From assembly GCA_038204425.1 (NCBI GenBank), contig JBBRCZ010000001.1:416001-480000 (forward strand): a stretch of DNA of 64,000 nucleotides. The letters run 5' to 3'. The notes under the pieces were generated by a model that saw only the letters and a program-made list of their open reading frames with translations, did not search any database and had not been told where the DNA came from. The position numbers were made by a program, and so were the translations under genes. The stretch comes from Spirochaetia bacterium. GTDB lineage: Bacteria > Spirochaetota > Spirochaetia > DSM-27196 > Salinispiraceae. Positions 48,620-59,644 of this stretch are shown here, in pieces (the first letter of the stretch is position 1; every line of letters begins with the position of its first letter).

Positions 48620-50490
48620 TGTTCAAATGATAGCATTTTTCTTGGCAAGAGGGAAGAAAATTGACGTAGCATAAGTCGATTTGCGTTTTGAAGTTCCGCA
48701 GTTTCGATTATCTTGTTCCTGTTAACGTCAAATTCTAGCAAAGCACTATTGGGTTTGTATTCATAGGCCAAATTGTCTCTTGCAGAAAAGAATACTCTTC
48801 TTTCCAAAGCACCGTTCTTGTACTGCTCTAAAACTGGAAACGAGCCATCATCGCGGGGGTCAGAAACTACGAGCGCTTTTGTTCCACTGTCAAACCAAGT
48901 CATACTGTCAAAAATGCCATCTCCATTGCTGTCCTCTCGTTGAACTATGGCTTGTTCTAAGGCCTGATAACGAGTTTGGATCAGTCTAAATCGTTGTTTG
49001 TTTTCAAAAAAAACAAAGTTATTGGATAAGTAGCTGTGTTGTTTGAGCAGTTCGTATATAGGCAGTTCTACTTTGGCGCTGCGAGTAAACATACTTGGCA
49101 AATCCTCTAGGCTAGGCACGACGCCAGACACTAGTTCCACAACTCTCATTTCGGCCCCGCCATACAAGAAAAAGCAGTCTTCTTGTCCGTCATTGGTGGC
49201 CAAACTTAAACTAGCGAGTTCGGGGTAGTTGTGATAACGAAGCAAGTAGGACTTTCCTTGTACTTCTCCACCTATCGAAACAGGCCGCCCGTCGACAAAG
49301 CTAACTCGGCTATCTACCGTAGCGTTTTGATTTGAATCCCTAGTCCAAAAAACCGGAAGTCCATTCTCAAAGTAGAGTTCTTCCTCAAAATAGCCATCAA
49401 ACTCTCTATCGCGAAAGAACATTCTTTTGCCTCTAGTGAGTCCAGCTTGCAATTGGTCTCGTTCTAGGCCAACTGGCAGTACTGATAGTACCCGTTCGAG
49501 GACATCAAGATTAACGCTCACTCCGGGTGCCATAAAAAAGCTCAAGTACTCTCTTCGCAATTCCAGATCTTCACCGATCGATTCTAGGGCAGCTAGAACT
49601 ATCCAGTCGTCGGGCCCATAGTTTTTTAAGAACTGACTTGTTAATAAAAGACGCTCTTGGCTTGGCTGCATCGATTGGATCAACCAAAAAAGTGCTTCTT
49701 TGTTTTTTGGGTCTTTGATATTGGTAAATCGATTAAACCAAGCACTCGCGGCCAAATGACTCGGTGGCGCAAATCGCAGCTTGAGTGCCATGATAGAAAG
49801 ATCATCAGGATAGCGGGACAATCCAATATTGAGCAGGCGGTTAGCTTCTACTTTTTTGTCTAAAAAAAAGTAGGTCTTAATAGCTTGTGCCAATAGTGCA
49901 CTAAAATTGACCAACTGATGCTTAACAAGTGGACCTTCCATCCACTCTGTTAGGATGCCAAGGTCTCCTCGCCTCATAACTTGTTGGGCCCAGTTAACGG
50001 CCGCGTCTGACCAATGGGCCTTAAGCCATTGTGCTTGCGGCTCTAAAGCTTTCTTGTAGTATTCTAGTGCCTGATCATGTTTGCTTAATCGTTCGGAAAG
50101 CCATGCGCAAGCGTAGTTTAAGTCCCCGATCTGAGGAGCAAGATCCAGCCCACGCAAGATAACTTCCAAGGCTCTTTGATACTTGGACTGGTCGCCTGCC
50201 TGTGTTTTAAGAATCTGGGCCGCGGTATCTAAATAAAGAACTGCAAAACTTTCTTCGCCGCTTAAAACTCTTTGAGGAAGGCTGGCATCCAATGCAATAA
50301 AGGGCAGTTCCAAATCACTTGCAGCGTGAAGCATAATACAAGGTGTAAAAACAAAAGAGAATAAAAAAAAGACCTGCACCCATGAGGGTGCAGATCTCTT
50401 TGATTCTGCCTTACGAGTTGAGAGATTAGCTAGTTTCTTGACTGTCTCCAGTATCTTCAAGATCAGATCCTTTTTTGACTGCTGGTCCAA
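48616..50490 (-). CDS. Exported hypothetical protein with TPR-like N-terminus and DxxxDG repeats
   Basis: Long ORF between ftsH and the protease; the true start is probably downstream of the ftsH stop. Confidence 0.7.
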   Translation of the reverse strand: MDQQSKKDLILKILETVKKLANLSTRKAESKRSAPSWVQVFFLFSFVFTPCIMLHAASDLELPFIALDASLPQRVLSGEESFAVLYLDTAAQILKTQAGDQSKYQRALEVILRGLDLAPQIGDLNYACAWLSERLSKHDQALEYYKKALEPQAQWLKAHWSDAAVNWAQQVMRRGDLGILTEWMEGPLVKHQLVNFSALLAQAIKTYFFLDKKVEANRLLNIGLSRYPDDLSIMALKLRFAPPSHLAASAWFNRFTNIKDPKNKEALFWLIQSMQPSQERLLLTSQFLKNYGPDDWIVLAALESIGEDLELRREYLSFFMAPGVSVNLDVLERVLSVLPVGLERDQLQAGLTRGKRMFFRDREFDGYFEEELYFENGLPVFWTRDSNQNATVDSRVSFVDGRPVSIGGEVQGKSYLLRYHNYPELASLSLATNDGQEDCFFLYGGAEMRVVELVSGVVPSLEDLPSMFTRSAKVELPIYELLKQHSYLSNNFVFFENKQRFRLIQTRYQALEQAIVQREDSNGDGIFDSMTWFDSGTKALVVSDPRDDGSFPVLEQYKNGALERRVFFSARDNLAYEYKPNSALLEFDVNRNKIIETAELQNANRLMLRQFSSLLPRKMLSFEQ

Positions 50491-52351
50491 AGCCTAAGAG
50501 CGTTCGTACCTCTGCATCATTCAAGGTTTCTCGAACTATGAGCTCTTTGGCCAAAGCCTCTAGCTGGTCACGATGTTCAGTAAGAATTTTCCGAGTATCA
50601 GCCAGACACTTATCAAGTATTGCCTTAATCTCGTGGTCTATCTGCTGAGCAGTCTGCTCGGAATAGTCCTTGTGTCGAGCAATTTCCTTACCCAGGAAAA
50701 TGGGGGCTTCTTCTTGTCCCAAGGAAATTGGACCAAGTTTAGACATTCCCCACTCGCAAACCATTCTTCGTGCCATTTCTGTGGCACTCTTAATGTCCTG
50801 TCCTGTTCCGGTACTTGTCTCTCCATATATTAGTTCTTCGGCAACATAGCCACCAAAACTTATGATAATACGATCTTTAAACCAACCTTCGGTGTGACTA
50901 TAGGTATCTTTCTCTGGCAAAGAAAAAGCGACGCCCAAGGCCCTGCCTCTCGGTACAATTGAAACTTTATGGAGAGGATCCGCATCTTTCAAATAGTAGT
51001 GCAAAAGTGCGTGTCCAGATTCATGGTAGGCCGTTGCCAACTTTTCTTCTTTGGTGAAGATTTTTGACTTGCGAGCCATACCCATTAAGAGTTTGTCTCG
51101 TGCTTCTTCAAAATCTTCCATCTCAACACTGTCGCGATTCTTACGAGCAGCAAACAGAGCGGCCTCGTTGACCAAATTTGCAAGATCGGCACCTGAAGCC
51201 CCTGGTGTGGCCCGGGCCAGTACTGCAATTTTTACAGAAGGTGCAAGAGGAACTTTAGCTGCATGAATCTTTAGAATAGCTTCTCGTTCTCCACTGTCTG
51301 GCATATCTACTACTACTTGCCTATCGAATCGTCCGGGTCTCAAGAGCGCTGGGTCCAAAACGTCTGCCCTGTTAGTCGCGGCAATAATAATGACGCCCTC
51401 TTTGCCTTCAAACCCGTCCATTTCTACGAGTAGCTGATTGAGTGTTTGTTCTCGTTCATCATGTCCACCGCCATAACCGGCACCTCGTGTGCGTCCAACA
51501 GCATCAATCTCATCTATAAAGAGAATACAAGGAGCGCTTTTTCTGCCTTGGTCAAAGAGATCGCGAACTCGACTGGCACCGACACCAACAAACATTTCCA
51601 CAAAGTCAGATCCAGACATATGAAAGAATGGAACACCGGCTTCGCCGGCAACGGCTTTGGCAAGGAGCGTTTTACCTGTTCCTGGCAAGCCAACTAAAAG
51701 CACACCCTTTGGTATCTTTGCACCAATTTTGGTAAAACGACCTGGGTTTTTTAGAAACTCAACAACTTCCTCGAGTTCATATTTGGCTTCACGTTGACCC
51801 GCGACATCAGCAAACATGATTTTTTTCTGGCTATCAGTGTAACGCTTTGCTTTGCTCTTGCCAAAGCTAAAAGCCTTGTTGCCACCGCCGCCTTGAGCTT
51901 GTCTAAACATAAACCAAAGAAATATAAAAATGACCAAGAGTGGCAGATGTGGTAGCAGATCTATCAGACCAAAAGGCCTCTGCCCACCCTCAAAAACAAC
52001 CCCTTTTTCTATAAGCCGATCTATGAGTTTGACATCCAAGTACGGAATAGCCGTGCTAAAGCGCGCCGACTCGCCTGTTTTGTTTTTAAACGTACCGGTA
52101 ACAACTGTGCTATCTATAATTTTTGCATCGAGCACATTTCCTAAATCAAGCTCAACCGCAAAAAGTGAATAAGGCACGACCTGGGAATCACTTGTGTTGT
52201 TAAAATTGAAAAAGAAAACAAACATTATCAGTAGAGAGAGCGACAGAAATATTGCAAAGCGATTATTTCTGAAATTGAAGCCTGGCTGTTTGGGGCCACC
52301 TTGGTTGCCTGGATTTTCGCCAGGTTCTTTCTGGTTATTGAAGTTACTCAC
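50426..52351 (-). CDS. ftsH: ATP-dependent zinc metalloprotease FtsH
   Basis: Two TM segments, [33 protein letters not shown]. Confidence 0.97.
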   Translation of the reverse strand: MSNFNNQKEPGENPGNQGGPKQPGFNFRNNRFAIFLSLSLLIMFVFFFNFNNTSDSQVVPYSLFAVELDLGNVLDAKIIDSTVVTGTFKNKTGESARFSTAIPYLDVKLIDRLIEKGVVFEGGQRPFGLIDLLPHLPLLVIFIFLWFMFRQAQGGGGNKAFSFGKSKAKRYTDSQKKIMFADVAGQREAKYELEEVVEFLKNPGRFTKIGAKIPKGVLLVGLPGTGKTLLAKAVAGEAGVPFFHMSGSDFVEMFVGVGASRVRDLFDQGRKSAPCILFIDEIDAVGRTRGAGYGGGHDEREQTLNQLLVEMDGFEGKEGVIIIAATNRADVLDPALLRPGRFDRQVVVDMPDSGEREAILKIHAAKVPLAPSVKIAVLARATPGASGADLANLVNEAALFAARKNRDSVEMEDFEEARDKLLMGMARKSKIFTKEEKLATAYHESGHALLHYYLKDADPLHKVSIVPRGRALGVAFSLPEKDTYSHTEGWFKDRIIISFGGYVAEELIYGETSTGTGQDIKSATEMARRMVCEWGMSKLGPISLGQEEAPIFLGKEIARHKDYSEQTAQQIDHEIKAILDKCLADTRKILTEHRDQLEALAKELIVRETLNDAEVRTLLGFGPAVKKGSDLEDTGDSQETS

Positions 52352-53781
52352 GACGTAGAATCAAACTCCTTGCTTTCCATTACATATGACAAAGATAAAT
52401 CTTCGCCATTTATCGACAATACGCTTACTCTATCATTCCAAGGTTTGATCCATAGCGCCAAAACACAACCTTGGGACTCAAAAACCGGAACCATTCCGAT
52501 GGCATGGGCGGGCACCCCGGCCGCAGTTAGTTTCTTTTCTAGAATTGCCTTACTCGGCGATTCTTTACTAGGAGCTGACGAAAGACTTGAGAAAGACCTG
52601 AATACCAATGGCGGTTCAGGCAACCAAGCGCTCTCGCCATCGTTAGCAGGCCTCACTATTACTTGCCCTATCAATGGCAAATCAAGCGCACCTGCTCTTG
52701 TCACTTGCACAAGATACCCATTTTGCACGGCTGCGACAATACAACGACGCAAATACATGCGATCTTGAACAAAATATCGTTCAAAGCGATGGTTTTTATC
52801 CCTAGTCGTTAATTCTTTACATTCAAAATAGCCAGGGAGGACTGGGTCGTTATGTGCAAAAAGCAATTTCCTCAGTCCTTTTTGGATGAGTCGCCAGCGC
52901 AAAGCAATGGGAAGAAGGTTCCAAGTTAAATCAGTTATGTTGTCCAGAAACTCGATAGGCCCCTGATCAACTAGAGGCTGCCCACTTGAATTACTACTTT
53001 GCCAATTGAACTGACTGGCATAATGATCAAAGAATTGATCGTCTTCTTTCTTCTTGCTTCTAAGTACAGATAGACTAGTAGTCATACCTGGAAAAATACT
53101 GTTGATTACTGGTATCAGATCCAACCTAACTTTGTTGCGCAAAAAAAAGTGCTCTTGATTGCTTGAATCATCATGCCAAACAAGGTTCCAATTTGTCGCC
53201 AACTGGCGCAGTTCTTCTTTTCTATACTGCAAAAACGGTCTCAAGAATAAGTCTCTTTGGACCGGTATCTGCCATCCGTCACCCTGTCCTTTAAAAAAGC
53301 GCATTAGCTGTTCTTCTTCTTGATCGTCAAGGTGATGAGCCATGAGAATGAGGTCTAGACTGAGCAGCTTCTGCCACCACAAAAAGGTGGCGTAGCGTTC
53401 TCGACGCGCAACAGCCTCAAGGCTTGCTTCTTCAAAATCACTGTGAACCTTTAGTTTGTCTGCTTCAATTTTATGTGCGTATAAAGACACGCTATGTTTC
53501 ACGCAGTATGAACTCAAGAGATCAAACTCATGTTTTAGTTCGCCCTCAGTTCGTAGGCCGTGATCAAGATGGAGAACACAAATATTTGTGGTATTGGTGA
53601 GCTTGAATTTTTCTCGCAGTGTGAAACAAGCATGCAAAAGTACCATAGAGTCCAAACCACCAGAACAAGCTACACCAAGATTTATACCGATAGGGTTCGC
53701 TTTTGCTAATCCTTCAATGCTTGTTTTAAGAGAAGCTAATAAGCTCGCTTCTAAGCTAATGAGCTTATTTTTTGATGGCAT
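52348..53781 (-). CDS. tilS: tRNA(Ile)-lysidine synthase
   Basis: SGGLDS PP-loop, HLDHGLR, E..ARRERY, AHHLDDQ, D.SN....LRNKVR. Confidence 0.92.
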   Translation of the reverse strand: MPSKNKLISLEASLLASLKTSIEGLAKANPIGINLGVACSGGLDSMVLLHACFTLREKFKLTNTTNICVLHLDHGLRTEGELKHEFDLLSSYCVKHSVSLYAHKIEADKLKVHSDFEEASLEAVARRERYATFLWWQKLLSLDLILMAHHLDDQEEEQLMRFFKGQGDGWQIPVQRDLFLRPFLQYRKEELRQLATNWNLVWHDDSSNQEHFFLRNKVRLDLIPVINSIFPGMTTSLSVLRSKKKEDDQFFDHYASQFNWQSSNSSGQPLVDQGPIEFLDNITDLTWNLLPIALRWRLIQKGLRKLLFAHNDPVLPGYFECKELTTRDKNHRFERYFVQDRMYLRRCIVAAVQNGYLVQVTRAGALDLPLIGQVIVRPANDGESAWLPEPPLVFRSFSSLSSAPSKESPSKAILEKKLTAAGVPAHAIGMVPVFESQGCVLALWIKPWNDRVSVLSINGEDLSLSYVMESKEFDSTS

Positions 53782-54334
53782 TTATTCTAGGCACCAAGGC
53801 TTCCAGACCGACTTCTGGATACCGCGATAGCTCTTGTGAAACCAGGTTTACGCAGCTGTCTAAGACTAACCGCTCCTGTGCTTGGGGCACGCCAAGAACA
53901 TAATCTACAAAGCCTCCCTTTACTTCGGGTTTACCTATTCCGATATATAGTGGGCAATAGAGCTCGCCAATGCGCTCAAGAACTGACTTAAAGCCATTCT
54001 GACCTGCAGTGCCCGCCTTGAGTTTGAGTTTGGCTCTACCAGGCTCTAAATCCATATTATCTGCTATTACGATCAACTGTGATTGCATTTGAGGGATTAG
54101 GTCAGGTTGGGACAGAAAGACATCGCCTGAGTTATTCATAAATGTTAAGGGTTTAATTAGAATAAGGAACTGGTTTTGTGCAATCAAAAAAGGCTTTAGA
54201 AACGGCTGTTTAAAGCGCAAGTCCAAGATACCAGCCAATGCGTCGAGCACCCAATACCCAACATTGTGTCGGGTATTGGCATATTTGCTTCCTGGGTTTC
54301 CCAAGCCCATAATTACGGGCCGAGGTTTATCCAT
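53765..54334 (-). CDS. pth: Peptidyl-tRNA hydrolase
   Basis: GLGNPG..YANTRHNVG, KPLTFMNNSG. Confidence 0.93.
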   Translation of the reverse strand: MDKPRPVIMGLGNPGSKYANTRHNVGYWVLDALAGILDLRFKQPFLKPFLIAQNQFLILIKPLTFMNNSGDVFLSQPDLIPQMQSQLIVIADNMDLEPGRAKLKLKAGTAGQNGFKSVLERIGELYCPLYIGIGKPEVKGGFVDYVLGVPQAQERLVLDSCVNLVSQELSRYPEVGLEALVPRINAIKK

Positions 54335-54337
54335 AGT

Positions 54338-54943
54338 TTATTTGCTTGTTGCCTCTGGCGCTGGAGTAGCTGGAGTCACAAGAGCAGCGACTACTTCAAC
54401 TTTTGCATGGACAATCAACACAATAACCTGTTCTGGCTTATTGAAAATTTTGACGCCTTTGATTGGCTTGATATCTCTTACGTGGATTGCGTGTCCAAGA
54501 ACCAAGTTGCTGATGTCAACTTCGACTATTTCTGGCATGTTCTCTGCCTGACATTCAATTTCCAATTCATGGATGCTATGCTCAAGAATTCCGCCTTCGC
54601 GCAGGCCAGGAGCAACTCCTGTTATCTTGATAGGCACGTGAGTTTTAATCGCCTTGCCTTTTTCGATTTCGAAAAAGTCCAAATGAGTAATAGTTCCCTT
54701 GATATAGTTGCGTTGATAATCCTTAATCAAAACACTGCGAGAATTACTTCCCACACTCAACTTGATTATTTCGTTTTCACTAATCTTTTTAAAACTGTTG
54801 TTAAAATTACGTTCGTTGACCGCAATATTAATCGGCTGGCCATGCCCATAGACAATCGCAGGTATCATACCAGTCTTTCGCAGACGGTTGGTTGCGCCTT
54901 TACCGAGTTGTTCGCGGACTTCTGCTTTAAGTTCCTTGGTCAT
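54338..54943 (-). CDS. rplY: 50S ribosomal protein L25/Ctc
   Basis: GKGATNRLR..G.IPAIVYG, HLDF, GGIL; GGAGG RBS before ATG 54943. Confidence 0.95.
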   Translation of the reverse strand: MTKELKAEVREQLGKGATNRLRKTGMIPAIVYGHGQPINIAVNERNFNNSFKKISENEIIKLSVGSNSRSVLIKDYQRNYIKGTITHLDFFEIEKGKAIKTHVPIKITGVAPGLREGGILEHSIHELEIECQAENMPEIVEVDISNLVLGHAIHVRDIKPIKGVKIFNKPEQVIVLIVHAKVEVVAALVTPATPAPEATSK

Positions 54944-55019
54944 TCTGGATTCCTCCGATGGATTTAAAGGTTGCGGCACGAAATCCGTCAAACCTATTCG
55001 ACATATAGCTTGCAAAAAA

Positions 55020-55091
55020 TTGGGACGGCAGGAATCGAACCTGCGAATGCCGGAATCAAAATCCGGAGCCTTACCGCTTGGCGACGTCCCA
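55020..55091 (-). tRNA. tRNA-Gln (TTG)
   Basis: Acceptor TGGGACG/CGTCCCA, D-arm GCCAAGCGGTAAGGC, anticodon arm CCGGA-TTTTGAT-TCCGG, GGTTCGATTCC; CCA not encoded. Confidence 0.96.
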
Positions 55092-55107
55092 ATAGCTGCG
55101 AGAGCGA

Positions 55108-55136
55108 ACTATATCCAAATGAAAGGAAAAAGTCAA
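55108..55136 (-). promoter_or_regulatory. sigma70 promoter of tRNA-Gln/rplY
   Basis: TTGACT-N17-TATAGT. Confidence 0.8.
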
Positions 55137-55201
55137 ACAAGGAAGCAATAATAATCTTGCAAACAAAACAAAACACCCAGCACTTAGAGCGGCCTTGGCT
55201 T

Positions 55202-55495
55202 CTATTCCTCTATTTCATCATGCGGCATGGTTTCAGAATCATGCGGAAGTTCAGCATATTGCCTCAGGATGCTGTCCTGAAGTTCATTTCTAAAGTCGGA
55301 ATTGATAGGATGCGCTATGTCCTTGTACTCTCCCGTCTTGGTTCTACGACTGGGCATGGCTATAAAAACACCACTTTTGCCCTCGATTACTTTGACGTTG
55401 TGGATAACGAAACTTTCGTCAAAAGTTACCGTTACATATGCCTTTAGCTTGCCTTCTGCTGCAACCCTTCGGATGCGGATGTCAGTAATTTGCAT
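55202..55495 (-). CDS. spoVG: SpoVG DNA/RNA-binding protein
   Basis: [35 protein letters not shown]. Confidence 0.96.
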   Translation of the reverse strand: MQITDIRIRRVAAEGKLKAYVTVTFDESFVIHNVKVIEGKSGVFIAMPSRRTKTGEYKDIAHPINSDFRNELQDSILRQYAELPHDSETMPHDEIEE

Positions 55496-55575
55496 ACCAA
55501 ACTCCTTGCTGCATTAACTATCGTATGCTGCCAACGATAATTATTGGACAAGGTTGCCAAACTGTCAAATCATTC

Positions 55576-57156
55576 TTATTTGTTGTTTGCAGGGACTGAT
55601 TGAACATAATGACAACCAAGGCTATTTGAATTTTTGTAGGCAGCTAAAGCGATTAGTGACGCGGTAACAATCGCGTTTCTCAATTGTAGAATTTCTCGAT
55701 TTAGGCGTGCTTGCTGGTAAAATTTTTGCACGCGGTGTTCTAGATAGTTTAGATCTGAAATGGCTCTTTCTAGTCTACTTGGTGTTCTAACGATCCCGAC
55801 ATAGTTCCACATAGTAGTTTGAATGCTTGCCAAATCACTTTGAATCAAAATAGGGTCAAACTCAGCCTCACCAGCTGGAGCAATCCAATCTGGTATAGAA
55901 GAGGTCAAGGTTTTGTCCAAAACAGCGGCGCGAGCAACAACATCTTGCCCTGCCCTGACACCAAAAACCAAGGATTCAAGCAAACTTACACTTGCCAAAC
56001 GATTGGCTCCGTGAACTCCGTTACAGGCAGTCTCACCGATTGCGTAAAGGCCAGATAGTTCGGTAGCACCATTGAGGTCGATTTTGATGCCACCGCAAAA
56101 ATAGTGCGCCGCTGGGACGACAGGAATCAAGTCGTTGCGAATATCTATACCCAAACTCAAGCATTTCTCAAAAATACTCGGGAAGCGACGCGAAACATCG
56201 GTATGCTTAATTTTGGTGGCATCAAGCCAAACGTAGCCACCCTCACTTAGCATTTCTTTGTAGATTGCCCTAGCAACTTCGTCACGCGGGGCTAAGTCGG
56301 CTTGCTGAGGGTTATAGTCCTGCATAAAGTATTTTCCATCGCGATTCATTAGCTTAGCGCCCTCACCTCGCATGGCCTCGGTGATAAGAAAGCGTTTAAC
56401 ATCACGGTGAAAAAGAATGGTTGGGTGGAACTGTATATATTCAGCATTGATGATTTCGCAGCCGGCACGATGGGCCATTGCGGCGCAATCACCGGTTGCA
56501 CCTTCTGGATTGGAAGTGTGTTGATAAAGATTGCCAATGCCGCCTCCTGCCAAAACAACGGAAGGGGCAAAAACAGGAAGGACTTCTCCAGTCAGGTTTT
56601 TTAAGACATAGATGCCGAGCACTTTTCGTTCTTTGTAACGTTGTTGCGGATCGCGCGAATGGTGAGTATTGGTGATAATGTCGACTGCAGTTAGTCCCGC
56701 CAAAAAATCCACATTGGGCAGATTTTTTACGTAAGCGACTAAACTCTCTTCAATTGATCGACCGGTATGGTCTTTGACATGCAGGATTCGTCTAACCGAA
56801 TGGGCACCTTCTTGGGTTCTATCAAACTCACCGGTTTCGGTCCGATGAAAAGGAACTTTGGCTTTTTGTATCAAAAACTCGTCAACCAATACTGGCCCGT
56901 CTTCGGCAACAATTTTGATAGCATCGAGGTTGTTGATAAAGCTGCCAGCTTTTTGGATGTCGAGCATAAGCAGGTCAGGGCTATCGCCGACTCCTGTTTC
57001 TACGATGCCGCCTTGGGCATACCAGGTATTGCTTTCGCTTAGTCTGTCATCCTTGGTGATCACCAGCACCCGCACACCTTGCTCAGAGGCCTTTATGGCG
57101 CATGACAGGCCAGCAATTCCGGTCCCTACAACAATCAAATCGTAGCTGTCTTTCAA
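55576..57156 (-). CDS. nadB: L-aspartate oxidase
   Basis: GTGIAGL, WYAQGG, EGAHSVRRILH, QFHPT, EAMRGEG, LAPRD, HGANRLAS.SLLE. Confidence 0.95.
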   Translation of the reverse strand: MKDSYDLIVVGTGIAGLSCAIKASEQGVRVLVITKDDRLSESNTWYAQGGIVETGVGDSPDLLMLDIQKAGSFINNLDAIKIVAEDGPVLVDEFLIQKAKVPFHRTETGEFDRTQEGAHSVRRILHVKDHTGRSIEESLVAYVKNLPNVDFLAGLTAVDIITNTHHSRDPQQRYKERKVLGIYVLKNLTGEVLPVFAPSVVLAGGGIGNLYQHTSNPEGATGDCAAMAHRAGCEIINAEYIQFHPTILFHRDVKRFLITEAMRGEGAKLMNRDGKYFMQDYNPQQADLAPRDEVARAIYKEMLSEGGYVWLDATKIKHTDVSRRFPSIFEKCLSLGIDIRNDLIPVVPAAHYFCGGIKIDLNGATELSGLYAIGETACNGVHGANRLASVSLLESLVFGVRAGQDVVARAAVLDKTLTSSIPDWIAPAGEAEFDPILIQSDLASIQTTMWNYVGIVRTPSRLERAISDLNYLEHRVQKFYQQARLNREILQLRNAIVTASLIALAAYKNSNSLGCHYVQSVPANNK

Positions 57157-57169
57157 CTGAGCCTCCAGG

Positions 57170-58075
57170 TCACTGGTCTATTCTCAAACTAAAGTTGGCG
57201 TTTTTTACAGAGTGGGTCAAGGCACCAACTGAAATGAAATCCAAACCAAGGGCTGAGTACTCGCCAATTCGCTCTTCTTCCATATCTCCAGATGCTTCAA
57301 ACAAGACCTTTTTTTCCAAACCTAGTTTGGAACGCTCTTGGAGTGCGGCTTTGCAAGCAAGTAGATCCATATTGTCAAGCATGATAATGCCTACGCCTGC
57401 TTCAAATCCCTGACGCACTTCTTCTATGTTTCGACATTCAAGCTCGATGATAAATCTGTCTCGCCACGTGCTTCTAACCGCGTCTACTGCTTTTTGAATG
57501 CTACCAGCAGCGTCAATGTGGTTGTTTTTGATCATTACCATGTCATAGAGCCCGATTCGGTGGTTCTTAGCTCCCCCAACCGCGACCGCTTGCTTGGCCA
57601 AATGACGGTAAGCGGGTAACGTTTTCCTCGTATCAAGAATTACACTCGTGCCATGTAAGCTTGCGATTTCGACCATCTGACGAGTACGGCTGGCTATGCC
57701 CGATAAGTAACCCAAAAAATTGAGAGCAATACGTTCAGCGGCAAGCATAGACTTTACGGCGCCAGATATCTTGAGAACTTGGCTTCCTCGAGCCAAGATC
57801 TGCCCATCTTCGGCTGCCCTCTGTATATCCAACGTGGCATCAACTCTTTTGAAAACGGCTTGGGCATATCCCAGACCAGCTAGGCAAACTTCTTGTTTGC
57901 AAACAATTACTGCTTTAGCTGTTTGATCTTTGAAAATGGCCTGACTGGTAACATCACCCATTTCTGACATGTCTTCTTTCAAAGCGCGTTCCAAAAGATC
58001 TTCAAAATCTGATTGTGCAGCGCGATCCAAACTATCTTTGGCAAAACTCATGTTTAAAACCATGTTTGAAATCAT
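57170..58075 (-). CDS. nadC: Quinolinate phosphoribosyltransferase
   Basis: ERIALNFL, DTRKT, NHRIGLYD, MLDNM, EASG, SVGALTHS; start may be slightly downstream. Confidence 0.95.
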   Translation of the reverse strand: MISNMVLNMSFAKDSLDRAAQSDFEDLLERALKEDMSEMGDVTSQAIFKDQTAKAVIVCKQEVCLAGLGYAQAVFKRVDATLDIQRAAEDGQILARGSQVLKISGAVKSMLAAERIALNFLGYLSGIASRTRQMVEIASLHGTSVILDTRKTLPAYRHLAKQAVAVGGAKNHRIGLYDMVMIKNNHIDAAGSIQKAVDAVRSTWRDRFIIELECRNIEEVRQGFEAGVGIIMLDNMDLLACKAALQERSKLGLEKKVLFEASGDMEEERIGEYSALGLDFISVGALTHSVKNANFSLRIDQ

Positions 58076-58485
58076 GTCAAATAGTCACACACAGGACTGT
58101 CAAACCAGAGCTTTTCTAAGTCAAAAAATTCTCTTCCCTCTTTGGTCATTAAATGTACAACAAAGTCTCCGCAATCAAGTAGAATCCAGTTATCATCATC
58201 TTGAACCGTACGCTTGCTGCCGCGGGCATGGATTTCGTGAGGGGCAAGAAACTCATCTACGTTCTTTGTCAGCCCACGCAAGTGCCCTAAGCTTGTAACG
58301 GTGGCTATTACAAACCAATCAGCAAAGCTTGCTCTTTGCGAAATATCCAACAGGACCACATCCATCGCTTTTTGATCCACGAGCAATCGACAACAGGCTT
58401 GAATTATCGACTTGTCGGTGCTCCCTTTTTTGCCATCAAAGGCTTCATTTTGCAATAACTGTCCAACCATTAAAATCCCTTCCAA
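58072..58485 (-). CDS. rsfS: Ribosome silencing factor
   Basis: KA.DVVLLD, ADWFVIAT, WILLDCGDFVVH, R.FFDLEKLW; start uncertain. Confidence 0.93.
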   Translation of the reverse strand: MEGILMVGQLLQNEAFDGKKGSTDKSIIQACCRLLVDQKAMDVVLLDISQRASFADWFVIATVTSLGHLRGLTKNVDEFLAPHEIHARGSKRTVQDDDNWILLDCGDFVVHLMTKEGREFFDLEKLWFDSPVCDYLT

Positions 58486-59644
58486 GTAACACTGTTACAT
58501 CAGCACCATCAGCACCATCGCCTTCGATCTGTGTAACGATTTGTTCACATTTAATAATATTGGCAACTCTATTTGCAGCTGCTATATTTCCGCGCCTATC
58601 AATGACTTGAGTTAGTGCGACACTAGTATTGAGGGCGTTGCCTATCGTCACCACATCAATCCCAAAACTTGAGAATAACTCTCTAGTTCGCCTAGCTAGT
58701 CCTGTTAGAAGGGTTCCGTTGAGCACTTCCACTTTGAGTCCCACCGCCCCAGTCTTTCCTTCTTCTGGGCTTTCCAAATTGACAATGATTTGTCGTAAAC
58801 TGTCTTTTAGAAGCTTGCCTTCAAAATGTGGAAAGAACAGTGTCTTTTTTTCACTATTCTGCCCAATATCAACTTGTCTACTGGTTCCTATTACTCGCTG
58901 CGTAACGAGGTCATTGATACGCGTTTTGGCCAATAAGTTAAAATAGCTCTGAAGTCCAGAATCATCAATGTTGCTATCAATATGTTTTCTCAATAAATTT
59001 CTAAACACACTGTTTCTGCTCAAGTCTGATTGATCTGCCCAACGCTGTAAAAGAGCTTTGACTATCGTCCATCGGCGATTACTTAGTGTAAGGTCTCTCG
59101 CCTGACTTTCTTGATACCTCAAAAAATCAAGCACCTTGCCACCATCAAGAGTCTGGTTTCCACTTGGGATCCTGATGGTGTCGTTCTGCTCGTTTGAATC
59201 TATTGAGTCAGGCACAAAAACCGACAAACCACCCATAAGGTCCACCAACGATACCAAGTCGTCAGCATCAATTTTGACATACCAAGGTATTTCTTGGCCA
59301 AGCAGTCCAGAAAGCGACTGGGTAAACTGCTCCATAGTTGACTCTTGGTAAAGCACTTCGAGACTATCAAAACGGTTAAGCTTGTCAATCTTTAGGCCCA
59401 AATTTTGCGGTATGTCTACCAGCGCCACTCTTTTGCTTGCTGAGTTTATCCATATGTAAGCACTGGCATAAATACGATTCTGATCTGCCACAACTATTAG
59501 CAGAGGAACCGTAGATTCCTCTTCCATGCGCACAGACACTTCGTCGACCCTCAATTGGCTATAAATAAAAAGCACCAGACCAATACCAAGTGCTATTAGC
59601 AGGATTACAATCACGATGCCTGGATCGAGTTTTCTTTCATTCAT
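58445..59644 (-). CDS. LCP-family protein with LytR C-terminal domain
   Basis: TM anchor, LVDLMGG..V, LDG.K...FLRY, VEVLNGT...GLA, DVTVLLG.DF. Confidence 0.85.
   Translation of the reverse strand: MNERKLDPGIVIVILLIALGIGLVLFIYSQLRVDEVSVRMEEESTVPLLIVVADQNRIYASAYIWINSASKRVALVDIPQNLGLKIDKLNRFDSLEVLYQESTMEQFTQSLSGLLGQEIPWYVKIDADDLVSLVDLMGGLSVFVPDSIDSNEQNDTIRIPSGNQTLDGGKVLDFLRYQESQARDLTLSNRRWTIVKALLQRWADQSDLSRNSVFRNLLRKHIDSNIDDSGLQSYFNLLAKTRINDLVTQRVIGTSRQVDIGQNSEKKTLFFPHFEGKLLKDSLRQIIVNLESPEEGKTGAVGLKVEVLNGTLLTGLARRTRELFSSFGIDVVTIGNALNTSVALTQVIDRRGNIAAANRVANIIKCEQIVTQIEGDGADGADVTVLLGRDFNGWTVIAK

Noticed and set aside
54971..55447. 158-aa plus-strand ORF and other short ORFs here
   Set aside because: They overlap tRNA-Gln and spoVG on the opposite strand; shadow ORFs.
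55496..55575. sigma28 or sigma54 promoter upstream of spoVG
   Set aside because: Only partial matches (TACGATAG; TGGCA without a correctly spaced TTGC); not supportable.
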